Shown here in pieces: positions 26,075-37,813 of a stretch of 64,000 nt of DNA. Both the position numbers and the translations under genes were made by a program. Source of the stretch: Adineta vaga (taxonomy: Eukaryota; Animalia; Rotifera); the NCBI GenBank assembly GCA_021613535.1, contig CP075493.1, positions 11,470,001 to 11,534,000 of the forward strand, written 5' to 3'. The notes below the pieces were generated by a model that made no database searches, was not told the origin of the DNA, and saw only the letters and a program-made list of their open reading frames with translations. The number at the start of each line of letters is the position of its first letter. Position 1 is the first letter of the stretch.

Positions 26075-27553
26075 ATGAAATCCGAAAGATCATCGATCTT
26101 AAAACATTATTTCAGTCGGTTCATGTTCTTTATTATTCGAATTTTTGAAACAAAACGTTCTCTATCACGATGGATTAAACGGATCCTAATAATCACTACG
26201 ATTATATATATAATACTTTATTCGCAGCTTTTAATTACTGATGTTAAGCCGATGCAATCTAGTTCTTATAATAGGAGCGTTACTGCAATGTTAAATAACA
26301 ATAATATATTGAAAACAACTATGAATATTGAAATTCTAAATTTGTTTGACAATCAAATATTGCATAGAAATAACAAACCTTTGCCACAATATGCTGGTGA
26401 ATATGTTGAACTACCATCGATTTCAATAATGAATAGTAGTGTATACAAATACACTATCGAAGAAATCTTCTTTATTCTTACTACAAACACAAAACGAATA
26501 CGGACGACGATTCATTATTTAAAATTTTGGGCAAATTTTCCAAATATCAATTGTCTTTTAGTCTTCGAAGAGATGGATTTTATGAATTGTACAAATATTA
26601 CAGACTATCTTATACATGAAGGAATTCTTTGTGAAATACAAACGTCAAATGTAAAACGTTATGAAGAAAGATACTATCAATTGTTCAATCAAGCTTGGAA
26701 TAAGCTAGAAAAAGATAATCATGATAGTAATATTAAGAAAAAGATACAATGGTTTGCTGTAGGTGATGATGATACACTCTGGTTTATAAATAATCTCTTA
26801 CGGTTACTCGAATATTATAATTCATCGAGTGCTCTATATCTAGGAAATACTTCAACTAAAAAGATTCTACTCAATCGGCATGGTGCGTTTTTTGGCTATG
26901 GTGGTGCAGGTATTCTTTTCAGTCGACCATTAGTATTACTATTTGTGCAGCACCGTCAAGAATGTGAACAATTTCTTACTGCATTTGGTGGAGATGAGAT
27001 GATCGGTAAATGTGTTACGCAAGTTTTGAAAATAAATCTAACAAAGAACAATCATTTTCATCAAATGGATCTATTTGGAGATATGCTTGGTCTAATAGAA
27101 AATGGTATGGATAGATTAGTAACTTTACATCATATGTTTAGTCATTGGAGACCATTTCCTGATTCAGACACCGATAAATTGAATGAAACAATATATCGTT
27201 TGAGTATAGCCTATACAACATTTAATGAACATTATCTGAAAAGATATCTTTATTTTAATTATAATACGAATCAAAGTGTATTATTAACATTGGGTCATTC
27301 GGTTAGTGTATTTAATCGAATCTTATCTCACAAAGACTTCTCTCAAATTGAAAAAACATGGTGCTGTGATGAAATAGTAGATAGAATAACTAGACCAAAA
27401 GAAGAAAACAAAACCACTTGGTATTTTCAACAGATGATCAAGACAACATCTACTGATATCATCAAATATGAAATGATTTATGAAAATAAAACTAACTATA
27501 ATAATCCATATTCGAATATTAAAGTTACAATCAAAAACGTAGCCATAGATTAA
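26075..27553 (+). CDS. GT31/Fringe-like (DUF604-type) glycosyltransferase, type II membrane, intronless
   Basis: N-terminal TM, WFAVGDDDTLWF (DxD), GYGGAGILFS, GGDEMIGKC, FHQMDLFGD, TLHH. Confidence 0.88.
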   Translation: MKSERSSILKHYFSRFMFFIIRIFETKRSLSRWIKRILIITTIIYIILYSQLLITDVKPMQSSSYNRSVTAMLNNNNILKTTMNIEILNLFDNQILHRNNKPLPQYAGEYVELPSISIMNSSVYKYTIEEIFFILTTNTKRIRTTIHYLKFWANFPNINCLLVFEEMDFMNCTNITDYLIHEGILCEIQTSNVKRYEERYYQLFNQAWNKLEKDNHDSNIKKKIQWFAVGDDDTLWFINNLLRLLEYYNSSSALYLGNTSTKKILLNRHGAFFGYGGAGILFSRPLVLLFVQHRQECEQFLTAFGGDEMIGKCVTQVLKINLTKNNHFHQMDLFGDMLGLIENGMDRLVTLHHMFSHWRPFPDSDTDKLNETIYRLSIAYTTFNEHYLKRYLYFNYNTNQSVLLTLGHSVSVFNRILSHKDFSQIEKTWCCDEIVDRITRPKEENKTTWYFQQMIKTTSTDIIKYEMIYENKTNYNNPYSNIKVTIKNVAID

Positions 27554-27873
27554 CACAAAAACTATAATTTACGTATGTTAATAGAAATAGTTTTGAAGAA
27601 TAATTAGAAAAAGAACATTCAATTATTCTATCCATATCTATAAAATGATAATAATCGAAGAGCATTGTTTGGATGAGTCATTGCGATTGATGTTGAGGGA
27701 GTTGGTTAATCCTATAAATAGATTTATTTTGATATCAATAAAAGTCAGTGATGCAGGAACTACTATCGATTGGTTCGCTTAAAAAAGGGAATATTTTCTA
27801 TATCAAGACTAGAACAGAAATGCATCAAAACTGATAGTCATTAAAATAGTCATATATGATGATATTGGTTGAA

Positions 27874-29850
27874 TTATGCAGAAGATTTATTATAGTATAC
27901 GTCCCATACTGATTTGATCGGAGAACGAGGAAGAGAATGTACATCAAATTGATGATTGTAGCCGAAAACAGCAGATCCAACATATTTCAGTGCTTGCGTT
28001 GTTATCATCGATTCTGGTGCTGGAAGACAAAGTACCGAAACACGACAACCATATTTGACTGTTTCTGTTGATAATGGTTCACCGGAATCTTGTTCAACGA
28101 GTGTGATTAAGTCTGGAACATTAGCAATTATTTCATTCTCATATCGAGCTACTAAATTTTCGTTTTGAAAATCAATTGTTAATAATCTCCCTTCCTTTGT
28201 TTCGATTGCAACGTGACCTCGAGCAAAACCAGCACTAGTATATCGTTCTACACCTGTTACTTTACCATCGAAAATTAGAATATGACCATATCCTGCTTCT
28301 GCGACTGCTTGAATCGCATCTTTTTTATGACTAAATTTTGCTTCACCTAATGCATAGAAAGAGAGAACCTTTGTTTTTATTTGAAGAAATTTAAAAATGA
28401 AATACGTACCTAAAAACCATGCTCGAGAGAGACTATTATGTACAGAATATTTTTGTACTTGTTCACCAGTTAATGGTGGCATACACAATCCACCTCTCAA
28501 ACCCATCTTAATACATTTCTTTCTTAGAACATCTTCTAACTCACGTACATCTTTAATTATATCTTCGGTATAGAGAACTGTACGTCCATGAATATCACAC
28601 ATACAAGTAGGAGTTACACTTCGACCAAGAATAAAAGGTAATTTCTGATCAAGTCTTGGAAATGCTCGACCCATATTATCGCAATCAACACATACTACAT
28701 TTTTCATTGCTCCAACTAATAAATTTCGTAAACCATTTGCTCCACCCATTTCTCCACTGAATACAGTTGTTATCTTCTTCGAAAGATATGTTTCAATGGC
28801 ATCGATAGCAAGCAGACATTCATTACCACTAGGTAATTGCTCATGAGATACTGTTGGTGCACCCATAAAGCCAATAACTGCTACCAAATCAGACGATGAA
28901 TGAAGAGAAGTCGGAGGTATAACACGCATCTTACAGTTATCATTTCTAAGTATTTCTAGACATGACAATTTTGTATGATAAGATTCACCACCACCACCAC
29001 AACCTAGAATAACGACTCCATAAGCAATGTATTCAATATCAATTGCATCAATGATCCATACACCATTCTCATCAAATACAGGACGTTTATTAGAGATAAT
29101 CGTATATTTCTGTGGTTGGATTGCTTTTGGTAAATCTTGGGACATATTCATTAAACAATTTTGTTCATTAGTTTCTTGAGAACATGTTTCTAATTTCGTA
29201 AGATCTAATTCACAGATTGCAGTGAGTAAAACTCTATGTTTGTATCCACCTGGATAGTAGCTCAAAGGAATTTGTTCTATATCAACCAAACGAATTGTAC
29301 TTGAACGAGCACCATTTTGTTCACATTGTTGTTGAACAGTTTGTATAAGCCGATCAAGTTCAACTTTACGTTGTGCACCACCATCCATTGACGATGGTAA
29401 AAGATCAACGATCGATTCATTTGTTTCACTTATTGAACATAGAGCAGCACCAACAGCATTACAAACGGCGAAATGTGCTGGACGAATGAACTATGATATA
29501 GCAAAGAGCATAAGCTAGAGATTTATATAGGATCGACACTTCTGTCACACCATCTAAAGATTGTTTGAAATCAACAAGAATTGATCCTCCACCACAGAGT
29601 ATGACAGGTATCGGTTCTTTATTTGTCTTCATTCGATCGATTCCACGAGTAATTGTATTTTTTATATAACTAACTACTTGCTCAACAATTGACGATTGTA
29701 TATTCACTGTTGAATGTCCAATCTAGACCTGCGAGTATTATAACAATTACACATAAGAGAGGAACTTACTTCTGCAGCTAATCCATCAGCTAGAGCAATA
29801 TCAGTAGTAGTCATTGTTTGACCACAAAAAGCTAAACCTTGTGTTCGTGT
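27874..29850 (-). pseudogene. 5'-truncated hydantoinase/oxoprolinase-DUF917 fusion gene (fungal-like)
   Basis: TMTTTDIALA, PVILCGGGS, NAVGAA, ILGCGGGG, GFMGAPT, EMGGANG, DCDNMGRAFP, FQNENL, VPDLI; introns near 29769, 29537 and 28408; the N-terminal part is missing, replaced by TGTGGG repeats. Confidence 0.8.
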
Positions 29851-29900
29851 ATGTGGGTGTGGGTGTGGGTGTCCAATAGATGAATATCCACACCCACATA
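29850..29900 (+). repeat. Interstitial telomeric repeat (TGTGGG)3 with an inverted copy
   Basis: tatgtgggtgtgggtgtgggtgt at 29850-29872; ccacacccacata at 29888-29900 is the exact reverse complement of 29850-29862. Confidence 0.85.
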
Positions 29901-30383
29901 AGTAAAACGAACAACCTTATCATATATGATATGTTTAATTCATAAAACAATTACCACGAAAATTGTTTCAAATCCTAATATTTTCTATTCAACAAGTTAT
30001 TATGTTTAAGCTTCCAGTGTTTCTCATCGTAGATTTTCAAATTCGTTAAAGTATATACTTCGTTCAAAATGATTACGCGATTTTTGTACACCGTTAGAAT
30101 ATTCACAAAAAATGATCGTCATTTTCTAATGTAAAAATAACCATTTATCCTTCGCTAAATGACGTACATACATACACCTATCGAAGTAATGCATATATCA
30201 TGTTCTCCTATTAAAATGACGTCAATAAAACATCGTTTATATGTAAACACACGTAAATCCTGACTTATAAACAAACGAAATTTCGTTTTATAGATTCTTC
30301 GTCATATAAAAATTGATATATATATATATATAAATGCAAATGAACAACTGTAATATTATAATTATTAACAAACTATTCAAAAA

Positions 30384-30537
30384 ATGGTTGCTACCATGAA
30401 ATTGGCATATTGCATTGCTTTACTAATGTTAGTACTAACAAGTTGCTTGGCAAGAATCATGCCACAAGATGATAACAATTACAATATTGATATAAATCGT
30501 CAATCAAGTCTACATAGCATTGATGGAAAGGCAAAAC
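30384..30537 (+). CDS. First exon of a small secreted peptide precursor; downstream exons unresolved
   Basis: MKLAYCIALLMLVLTSCLA signal peptide, polar pro-region ending GKAK(R), AT-rich TATA-like sequence upstream, possible GT donor at 30538. Confidence 0.5.
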
Positions 30538-30607
30538 GTAGTTTGAAATGTTCACTAATCATAGAATCTTCACTCATATTATATCAATACGAAAGTTTTG
30601 CTTCATA

Positions 30608-32140
30608 CAGATGAATATTTTTGTATTAAGTTCTCCCACTTTGTAATATTCATCTGTCATATCATCTTTCGTCATAACATTAACTGAAAATATTTTCTTC
30701 ATCTAGTCAACAAAATCTTAGAATAAATTGATCTTTTCAAGTATTCATTTGCCATATAATGATCAATCATATTATCATTCACCCATCATTACTATATAGG
30801 AAGATCAATTTTTGAATAAAGACTTCCTCTTCTGATACATTCATTTGTCATATATCTTTTATCAAGGTACGATAATTTTCAATTTTTACTTAAAAAATGA
30901 TCAAAATATTTGTATGAAATCTTCCACCTTTAAACTATTCATTTGATATATTTTCATTGATTATACGTCGATACATAAATCTTTATCTTAATGTCACGAA
31001 AATGTTTGAATAAAGATTTCCTATTTTAAAATCTTCATTCACTATGTAATTCTCGATCATAATAATAATTTCCAAATTTCCTTTCGACAAAATCAAGATG
31101 TTTGAATAAAATGTTGCCATTTCGATATATTCATATTCTATTTAGTTTCTAATCATTCTATCAAGATTAAATTCTTAATTCAAAATAATACAAATATTTT
31201 AATAATAATATATTTTGAAATATTCATTCATCATACAATTTTACGACATACTATTAATTGTTAATCTATGTTTCTAAATTATCAAAATATGTTACTAAAA
31301 TACTCGTGATCTAAGATGTTAATTTGAGACATGATCATCAAATCATAGTATTGAAGTATAACATTTTCTTCGTAATGATCGGAATATCCGACTAAAATCT
31401 TCCACTTTTCAAAATTTCGAAATATTTATTTGATACCTAATCATCGACTATGCAATGAAATCGAAATCTTTATTGCAAAACGCTCAATATATTTGCATAA
31501 AGCTTTCGTATTTTAAAATTTTCATTTTCCAATTGATCTTTCCGATCTTAACATTGTTATTTAATATTTCTTTTCAAGCGTTGAAAATATTTGAATAATA
31601 TCATCTTCCTGATTTAACGTATTCATTTTGATATATAATACTTAGTCACACTATTAATATCAAAACATTTTCTTCAAAGTAACCAGTATATTTGAATATA
31701 ATTATCCTTTGAAATATTCGTTTGTCAGTTGATCTTTCATCATACGCGACGGAATAGCAAATTTTTCATAAAAATGATCAAAATATACGAATCAAGATGT
31801 CCTTTAAAGTATTCATTTGTCAGATTATATTCAAATTATACCATAAAACGGCAAATTTTTCTTTCAATGTGATAAAAATATTTGAATAAATTCGTCCAAT
31901 TCTCAACTATTCATTCATCATATAATCTTCTCTTATACTAAAGAATTTCACATTTTTATATTTTAATTATCCAAATATCTTAATAAATTCTTTCTGTTTT
32001 GAGATATTCATTTAATATATCATCATTTGATAATTTCTTCTTTTATGAACTATAAAACTTGTTTCTTGAAAATAATCAAACTATTAGAAAAATAGAAAAT
32101 ATTGCATTGATGTATTCATTTCTAATGTTATTTTTTTGTA
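30608..32140. repeat. Degenerate tandem array of about 16 units of about 92-105 bp
   Basis: Recurring ATCAAAATATTTGAATAAA..(about 20 nt)..TATTCATTTGTCAT core near 30721, 30813, 30911, 31008, 31104, 31200, 31291, 31389, 31494, 31592, 31693, 31788, 31883, 31981. Confidence 0.75.
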
Positions 32141-33590
32141 TCATCGTATTAATAAGTATTTAGAAGTGTAAACAAATATGTGAATAAAACTGCGAGGATA
32201 AATCACACAGGTATGTTCAGTCAATGAAAATTGTTTTTAAGATAAACCATCCGTAGATATAATGTTCTGTGTGTGAACAATTGATGATCTGTTACTATAA
32301 GATATGAAACTTTACTGGAAGGAAAAAATAGTCAAACAGTATTTAGTCTTGAAGAAGTTACATTTGTTTTTCGAAATCTGATGACTGAAAATATTCTATA
32401 ATTTATTCTTAATTGTTTTTTTTCTATTTTAGGAAATATGATTTATACAATTTCAATATTTATATGCAACATCATCTTTATTTTTTTTTTCTTTTTATAT
32501 TTTCATTATCAAATTGTAATAAAAGTCTTCTGTATATCAAAATCAAACTTTATTGAGATTTTCACATATTACCATATAGTCTCATGGTGGAATGACGTAA
32601 TTTTTCGATTCCTGTTAGCGATATTTTCCAATCTACTTTTCGTAGAAACACTGTTAGAGACGAAAGTTGAGGAATATCAAAATGCAATACGATCCTTAGA
32701 TTTATTTGTTTTTGTAAAAATTAATTTTTATTTTAAAAGGTCAACTTTAGTTTCATTTTAAGACACAACAATTTCTTGTATTGAGATCTCTTTCATGATT
32801 CCCTCTCCAAAGTTTGGTTTTTCAAAACAAAATAACAAATTGCTTTTATTGCATTCAGTCATGTTTGTTCAGAAGTAAACTGATATTACGAAATCTTATA
32901 TAAAGTGGAACAAACTATAGTTGAAATTTTACGCAATTAATTTTTCTATGAGATAACGCCGGTTAGTTTGTGATGATAATCCCTTAGGTATATACAAAAA
33001 GATCGAATGAGTATGGGATCAAATACATATATATTTCATTTAGATATGCATCATGGACATCCATATATTCTTGCCTCATTAACTACTTGAGATCGTATGA
33101 TCAAAAGCCTCCAAAATTCTTTCGTATAGTCGCAACGAAATGCATCTATTTACTTTAAAATGGGAGTGATTGTGAAGAATCCGTGTAGAGGATGTAAGTG
33201 GGATTGATGAATAAATATACGACATCCACATCCTCAAAAAGAACAAATGACTGTCTTTATAAAAGTCGAATATACATAAAGGAAGGTTGGTATAGAAAAA
33301 ACATGTGCCGCCCTTTATCAAGACCATTTCTACTGATAAGAAGTCATTCATCTCGAGCACGGTCGGAAGATGAATTCAACACTCCAGTTTATTGCTACTC
33401 AATATAATGTGTCGAAATGAAATCAAAGTATTCAATAGACATCATGAGTTAATATTATCGATGAAAATGAAAAGAATAATTTTTATTCAATGAAAGAAAG
33501 CAAAGAACCTTGTTCACAGAAAATCATCGAAAAAAGAAAAACAAAAAGTATGTTCAATCATTTCAATGCAATGAATGTGAATGTTCTAAA

Positions 33591-35146
33591 CTAGTTTAAC
33601 AAGACATAAACAAATCGATCTGCTGCTCCGTTACCATAAAGTTTTAAATAAAATGAAATCGTGTAATACCCTCCTTGAACAGTAGAAAAAGATTGAATGA
33701 GATGATCGTAGTTACTGCATTTATCTACATAGCAATAGGATCCTGAACGACAATCGCTTCCTGTGATCTGACCATATTGATCGTTTGATCCGCCGCAATT
33801 GCTATTCGTAGAACAATACTGTGTCCAATTGGATAAATTCCCTGTTTCAAATCCACCATTGCCAAGTACGTAAGTTTGAGCATTTACATATTGTACAGAA
33901 ACATCATCTAATAACCAATATTTTTGCTGACCTGCTTTTTCGCCTTTTATAACAAATTTTAATGTGGCAGAAGAACTATTCGCAAGAAAACCATATGTGT
34001 GAAAAGTATAACTAGTTGGCGCAGAACCCGAATCAAAACTGACAATTTGTCCTGTGGTAAGTGGAGTTGTACATACTGGCGCTTTTCAATACAATATTAG
34101 ATTAGATTAATCAAATTAAAACAAAAATCACTGTTTCGAAACTTACCAGTCGTTGTTGAGGTTGATGATGTGGATGATGTTGATGTTTTTGAGGTTGATG
34201 ACGTTGATGATGTGGATGATGTTGATGTTTTTGAGGTTGATGACGTTGATGATGTGGATGATGTTGATGTTTTTGAGGTTGATGACGTTGATGATGTGGA
34301 TGATGTTGATGTTTTTGAGGTTGATGACGTTGATGATGTGGATGATGTTGATGTTTTTGAGGTTGATGACGTTGATGATGTGGATGATGTCGAAGTTGAG
34401 GTCGATGATGTTGAGGTGGAAGTTGATGTTGATGATGTTGAGGTTGTTGATGAACCTGAAAGACAAGAGATCGATAAATCATATATCAATTGCAAGGTTT
34501 TAATAAATTCCGTTTGAATTGAGTCAGAAGAAAGAATGATGTTTAGATCATTTTGTATAGAAAAGTATAAAACTTATTATAGTTAGTCTCTCGACGATAA
34601 CGTATTTTACTTTTGATATTAATAGAAATAACTGTATCGAAAAGGAAACGAACAAGACAATCCTTTTGCAAATGATTCTGCTTTTTGGGAATTAAACGAA
34701 ATGATTCAATCTTTCTATGCAATATGTCATTATATTTTACTACGTGAAAGAATATGTTTGAGGATACTGTTATAGTGAAAAGAAAGCTAATATGAAGAAT
34801 GAATCTAATAAGAACTAAATTCAAACAGTTAAATACATTTAAGCACAATACGATTGCAATTACTTGTTGTCAATGATGGTTCAGATGGAATTTGAAGAAA
34901 GAAAAAAGTTGAATTAATTGTATTTACTAGTCCAAGATCATTGACTGTGTAATTATTAATTAATTCACATGTATTATTATTTGTAAAACAATTCCATGCA
35001 ATAACTGATATATTCAATGCTTTGCATGTACATTGTTGGCAAGTCATTGAATAAAAAGTTTGATTAATATTTGTCGCTATGAATGTTGTGTTAATAATTG
35101 AACCAATAACAATAGAAAAACTTGTATGAACTGCAAATATTAACAA
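33591..35146 (-). CDS. Secreted protein: Cys-rich N-terminal domain, Ser/Thr mucin-like stalk, C-terminal carbohydrate-binding-like domain; start codon unresolved
   Basis: Exons about 35146-34851, 34456-34146, 34082-33591; TCQQCTC..WNC..NNTC, S/T repeats, WLLDDVSV..LGNGGFETGNLSNW..YTISFYL. Confidence 0.7.
34158..34390. repeat. 42-bp coding tandem repeat, about 5 copies (STSSTSSTSSTSKT)
   Basis: Unit gaggttgatgacgttgatgatgtggatgatgttgatgttttt at 34191, 34233, 34275, 34317 and partly 34359. Confidence 0.95.
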
Positions 35147-36110
35147 AACAACACATTACTTTCGATAAAAGTACAAGAGGACTTGATAAAGTTCATTATT
35201 CCAAAGTGATGATTTTTATTTTAAAAATCTTTCGAATATTTTTATAATCATGAACTATCTATAAATGTAATTCCAAAATGTTAATCTATAATCATTTGAG
35301 ACTGCACTAAAGCTCTCAATAAATGTTCTTATAAGTATAAAATAAAAATAAAAATAGCTTATCAGAATTAAGAAATCAGAATATGTCGAATAAATTAGTC
35401 AAATTACCAAATCACTAGAAAGATCGCTATCAAAAACTTCATATTGTTACTTGATACTAAAAACAATAATATAGAGTATCACATCTAACGTGAATATCTT
35501 TCACCTATACTTATACTAAGATTCTATTGTCGATAACGTTACGCATTCAAAAAGAAGTACATGACACAAGAAATCTTTTTTCTCACATCAATCTATCTTG
35601 TGGATTGACGATGGGAGAAAACCTGAAATTTTACCATATATTTTGATTAATGAATATTCTTTTCTAACAGAGAAAAATATTTCCGTAGAATATAAATACG
35701 AAATGGACTGGCGTGAAATGAGAATTTACACAGAACAAACTTTTTACGGACGGAAAAAGTGCTTGAGAAAAGCAATCAACATCAAACACACACAGACACA
35801 TATATTCTGTAAACATCATACATTTTAATAGATTTTTTTCATTATAAAATCACATAGAAAAGAATGTTTCTACTAACCCATACTTATATTTGTGCTATTT
35901 CATCATAAAATTTGCCTCCTAACAATGTTTTTCTTAACCTATATAAGTTATTTTGTTTTTATCAACCGGATAAAGAAAGATATGAACTAAACGCATTATA
36001 TATTTGACAACTTATTTCAACATAGTGAAGGAAAAACAGGTTTTATGTCGATATGATATTAAATGAAGTTACAACAAACAAAATATGAAAAAAAATATTA
36101 TAAAACTCTT

Positions 36111-37119
36111 TCACTTTTCGCCGATGTTTGTCTTTTTTACAGTAAGTGCATTGGTTGGATTAATTCGATTATGTTTTTGCCAGAATAATATTTGATTTCG
36201 TACTGCTCGACGAAAACGACTTGATGAAAATAGAAATAAATAACAACTTGTCTAGAAAAGAAAGGAGAAGAAGGTAATGATAACTACATAATTGACAAAG
36301 ATCTCAACATACTGTATAATAAAAATAACATAATAAACTAGTCATAGTTGATAGAAATGATTCGATTAATAATCGATTTGTATCTTTTATCATTCTATTT
36401 GTGATTAGACCATAAGCATTATTAATTCCATATGGAATGATAGATATTACAACAATAGCTACTTCAATTAAAACCATTCGTACTAATTGTCGATCAATTT
36501 GTTGTTCGGCAAGAACTCTTGTTAAACGAATTGTACGATAAGTTAAATATCCAAATATAATCATAATTGTAGTCGGTAAAATACATGTAAAAGTAAGAAC
36601 ATGGATTGAAATATAAATAGCATAATTAGAATTTGTTATTAAACATATGTTTATATCTGATGAAATATCAACAAATATGAGAGCAGGTATACCGTAAAGA
36701 AAACTAAAGAAAATCACTAGACATACTAATCTATGTGCCCATGTTATATTACTCCAACGACGTAGATGAACATTTCTTGATGTAGCTAAATATTGATCAA
36801 TTGCAGCTAAACATGATAAAGCAAATGAAATTACACTAAGAATAAGAATAAGAAATTGTCGAATTTTACACCATAGAACTGATGTACGAGTTAAATCAAT
36901 TCCGTAACCAGCACTGACAATACGTGAAATAAGATTAATCGTTAGAAAACCAATATTATCAACTGAACGAATAAGAAAATAAAATGTACAAGGATTTGTA
37001 CGATAAGAACGAACAGTTGAAAATACTAATATAATTAAACTATTTCCTATTGTACCAGTAATAACAAGAAATAATCCAATATAAATTGTTATTTGTTGAC
37101 TTATATATAATAATGACAT
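36111..37119 (-). CDS. Rhodopsin-like 7TM GPCR, 2 exons
   Basis: GTIGNSL, NPCTFY, WCKIR, AIDQY; intron 36312-36252; last exon TSCYLFLFSSSRFRRAV. Confidence 0.88.
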
Positions 37120-37813
37120 GATGATATTGTTTCTACAATGTATTCAAATCAATAATAAAATAATCTTTAAATAAAAAAGAATTTTTATATCATATTTATG
37201 TTTGAAATAGAGTTTCTATTATTTTTCTCATCAAAGAAATATTGATGAAGGTTAAGCGAACTCATTATAGGTTATAAATAGTGATGTCTTGTATATTTCT
37301 ATGTCAATTACCACTATTTCAAAATTCTTTGAATCGTTATTATTCGTGCTGCTTTCAAACTGGTTTTAATGCAATGATTACCATCAGAATCATAAAAATA
37401 ACATCAAACAATGACATTACTTACCTATCAATCTCGTTAAGTCATTGAGAGTTGGTTATGAGCCTGGATGATAGAATGCCAGAGGATATGGAATATTAGA
37501 AAGCGCATCTTCGAGAACTTCCTAACAATATCGTTTCAAACATCCGGGCATGTTTTCAAATGTTTGGGAAGAGTTGTATGAAACGTAATTTACTCATCGA
37601 CCGTTTGCAACGCATCGTTCAAATGTGTCCAAGACAGATCACTAAATTAACATATATTCCGACAATGACGTAAATAAATATATAAAAAATCTTTTCAAAA
37701 ACTGTTGGATATATTGAAATTAAATAAAACAAAAGTTAATTACAAAGTTTGACAAGGTAATACAAATGTGAAGTGTTCTGAACTCATTTACACTCATCCA
37801 GAATGCATTATAT

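Noticed and set aside
29723-29729. Apparent nonsense codon (GTC TAG) in the hydantoinase gene
   Set aside because: The TAG can itself be the splice acceptor and keeps the frame, so it is not evidence of a stop
30608-32140. CRISPR-like repeat-spacer appearance; ankyrin-like 96-bp period
   Set aside because: Repeats are far too degenerate, there are no cas genes and the context is eukaryotic; variable unit length and frequent stops rule out a coding repeat
32940-33420. Possible transposon remnant (ORFs 33079-33360, 33198-33407)
   Set aside because: No transposase/RT motifs, terminal repeats or target-site duplications seen
34111-34517. His/Gln-rich, Ile/Asn-rich, Met-rich and Asp/Val-rich ORFs
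   Set aside because: Alternative frames and the antisense of the 42-bp Ser/Thr repeat; only the S/T frame splices sensibly to the flanking exons
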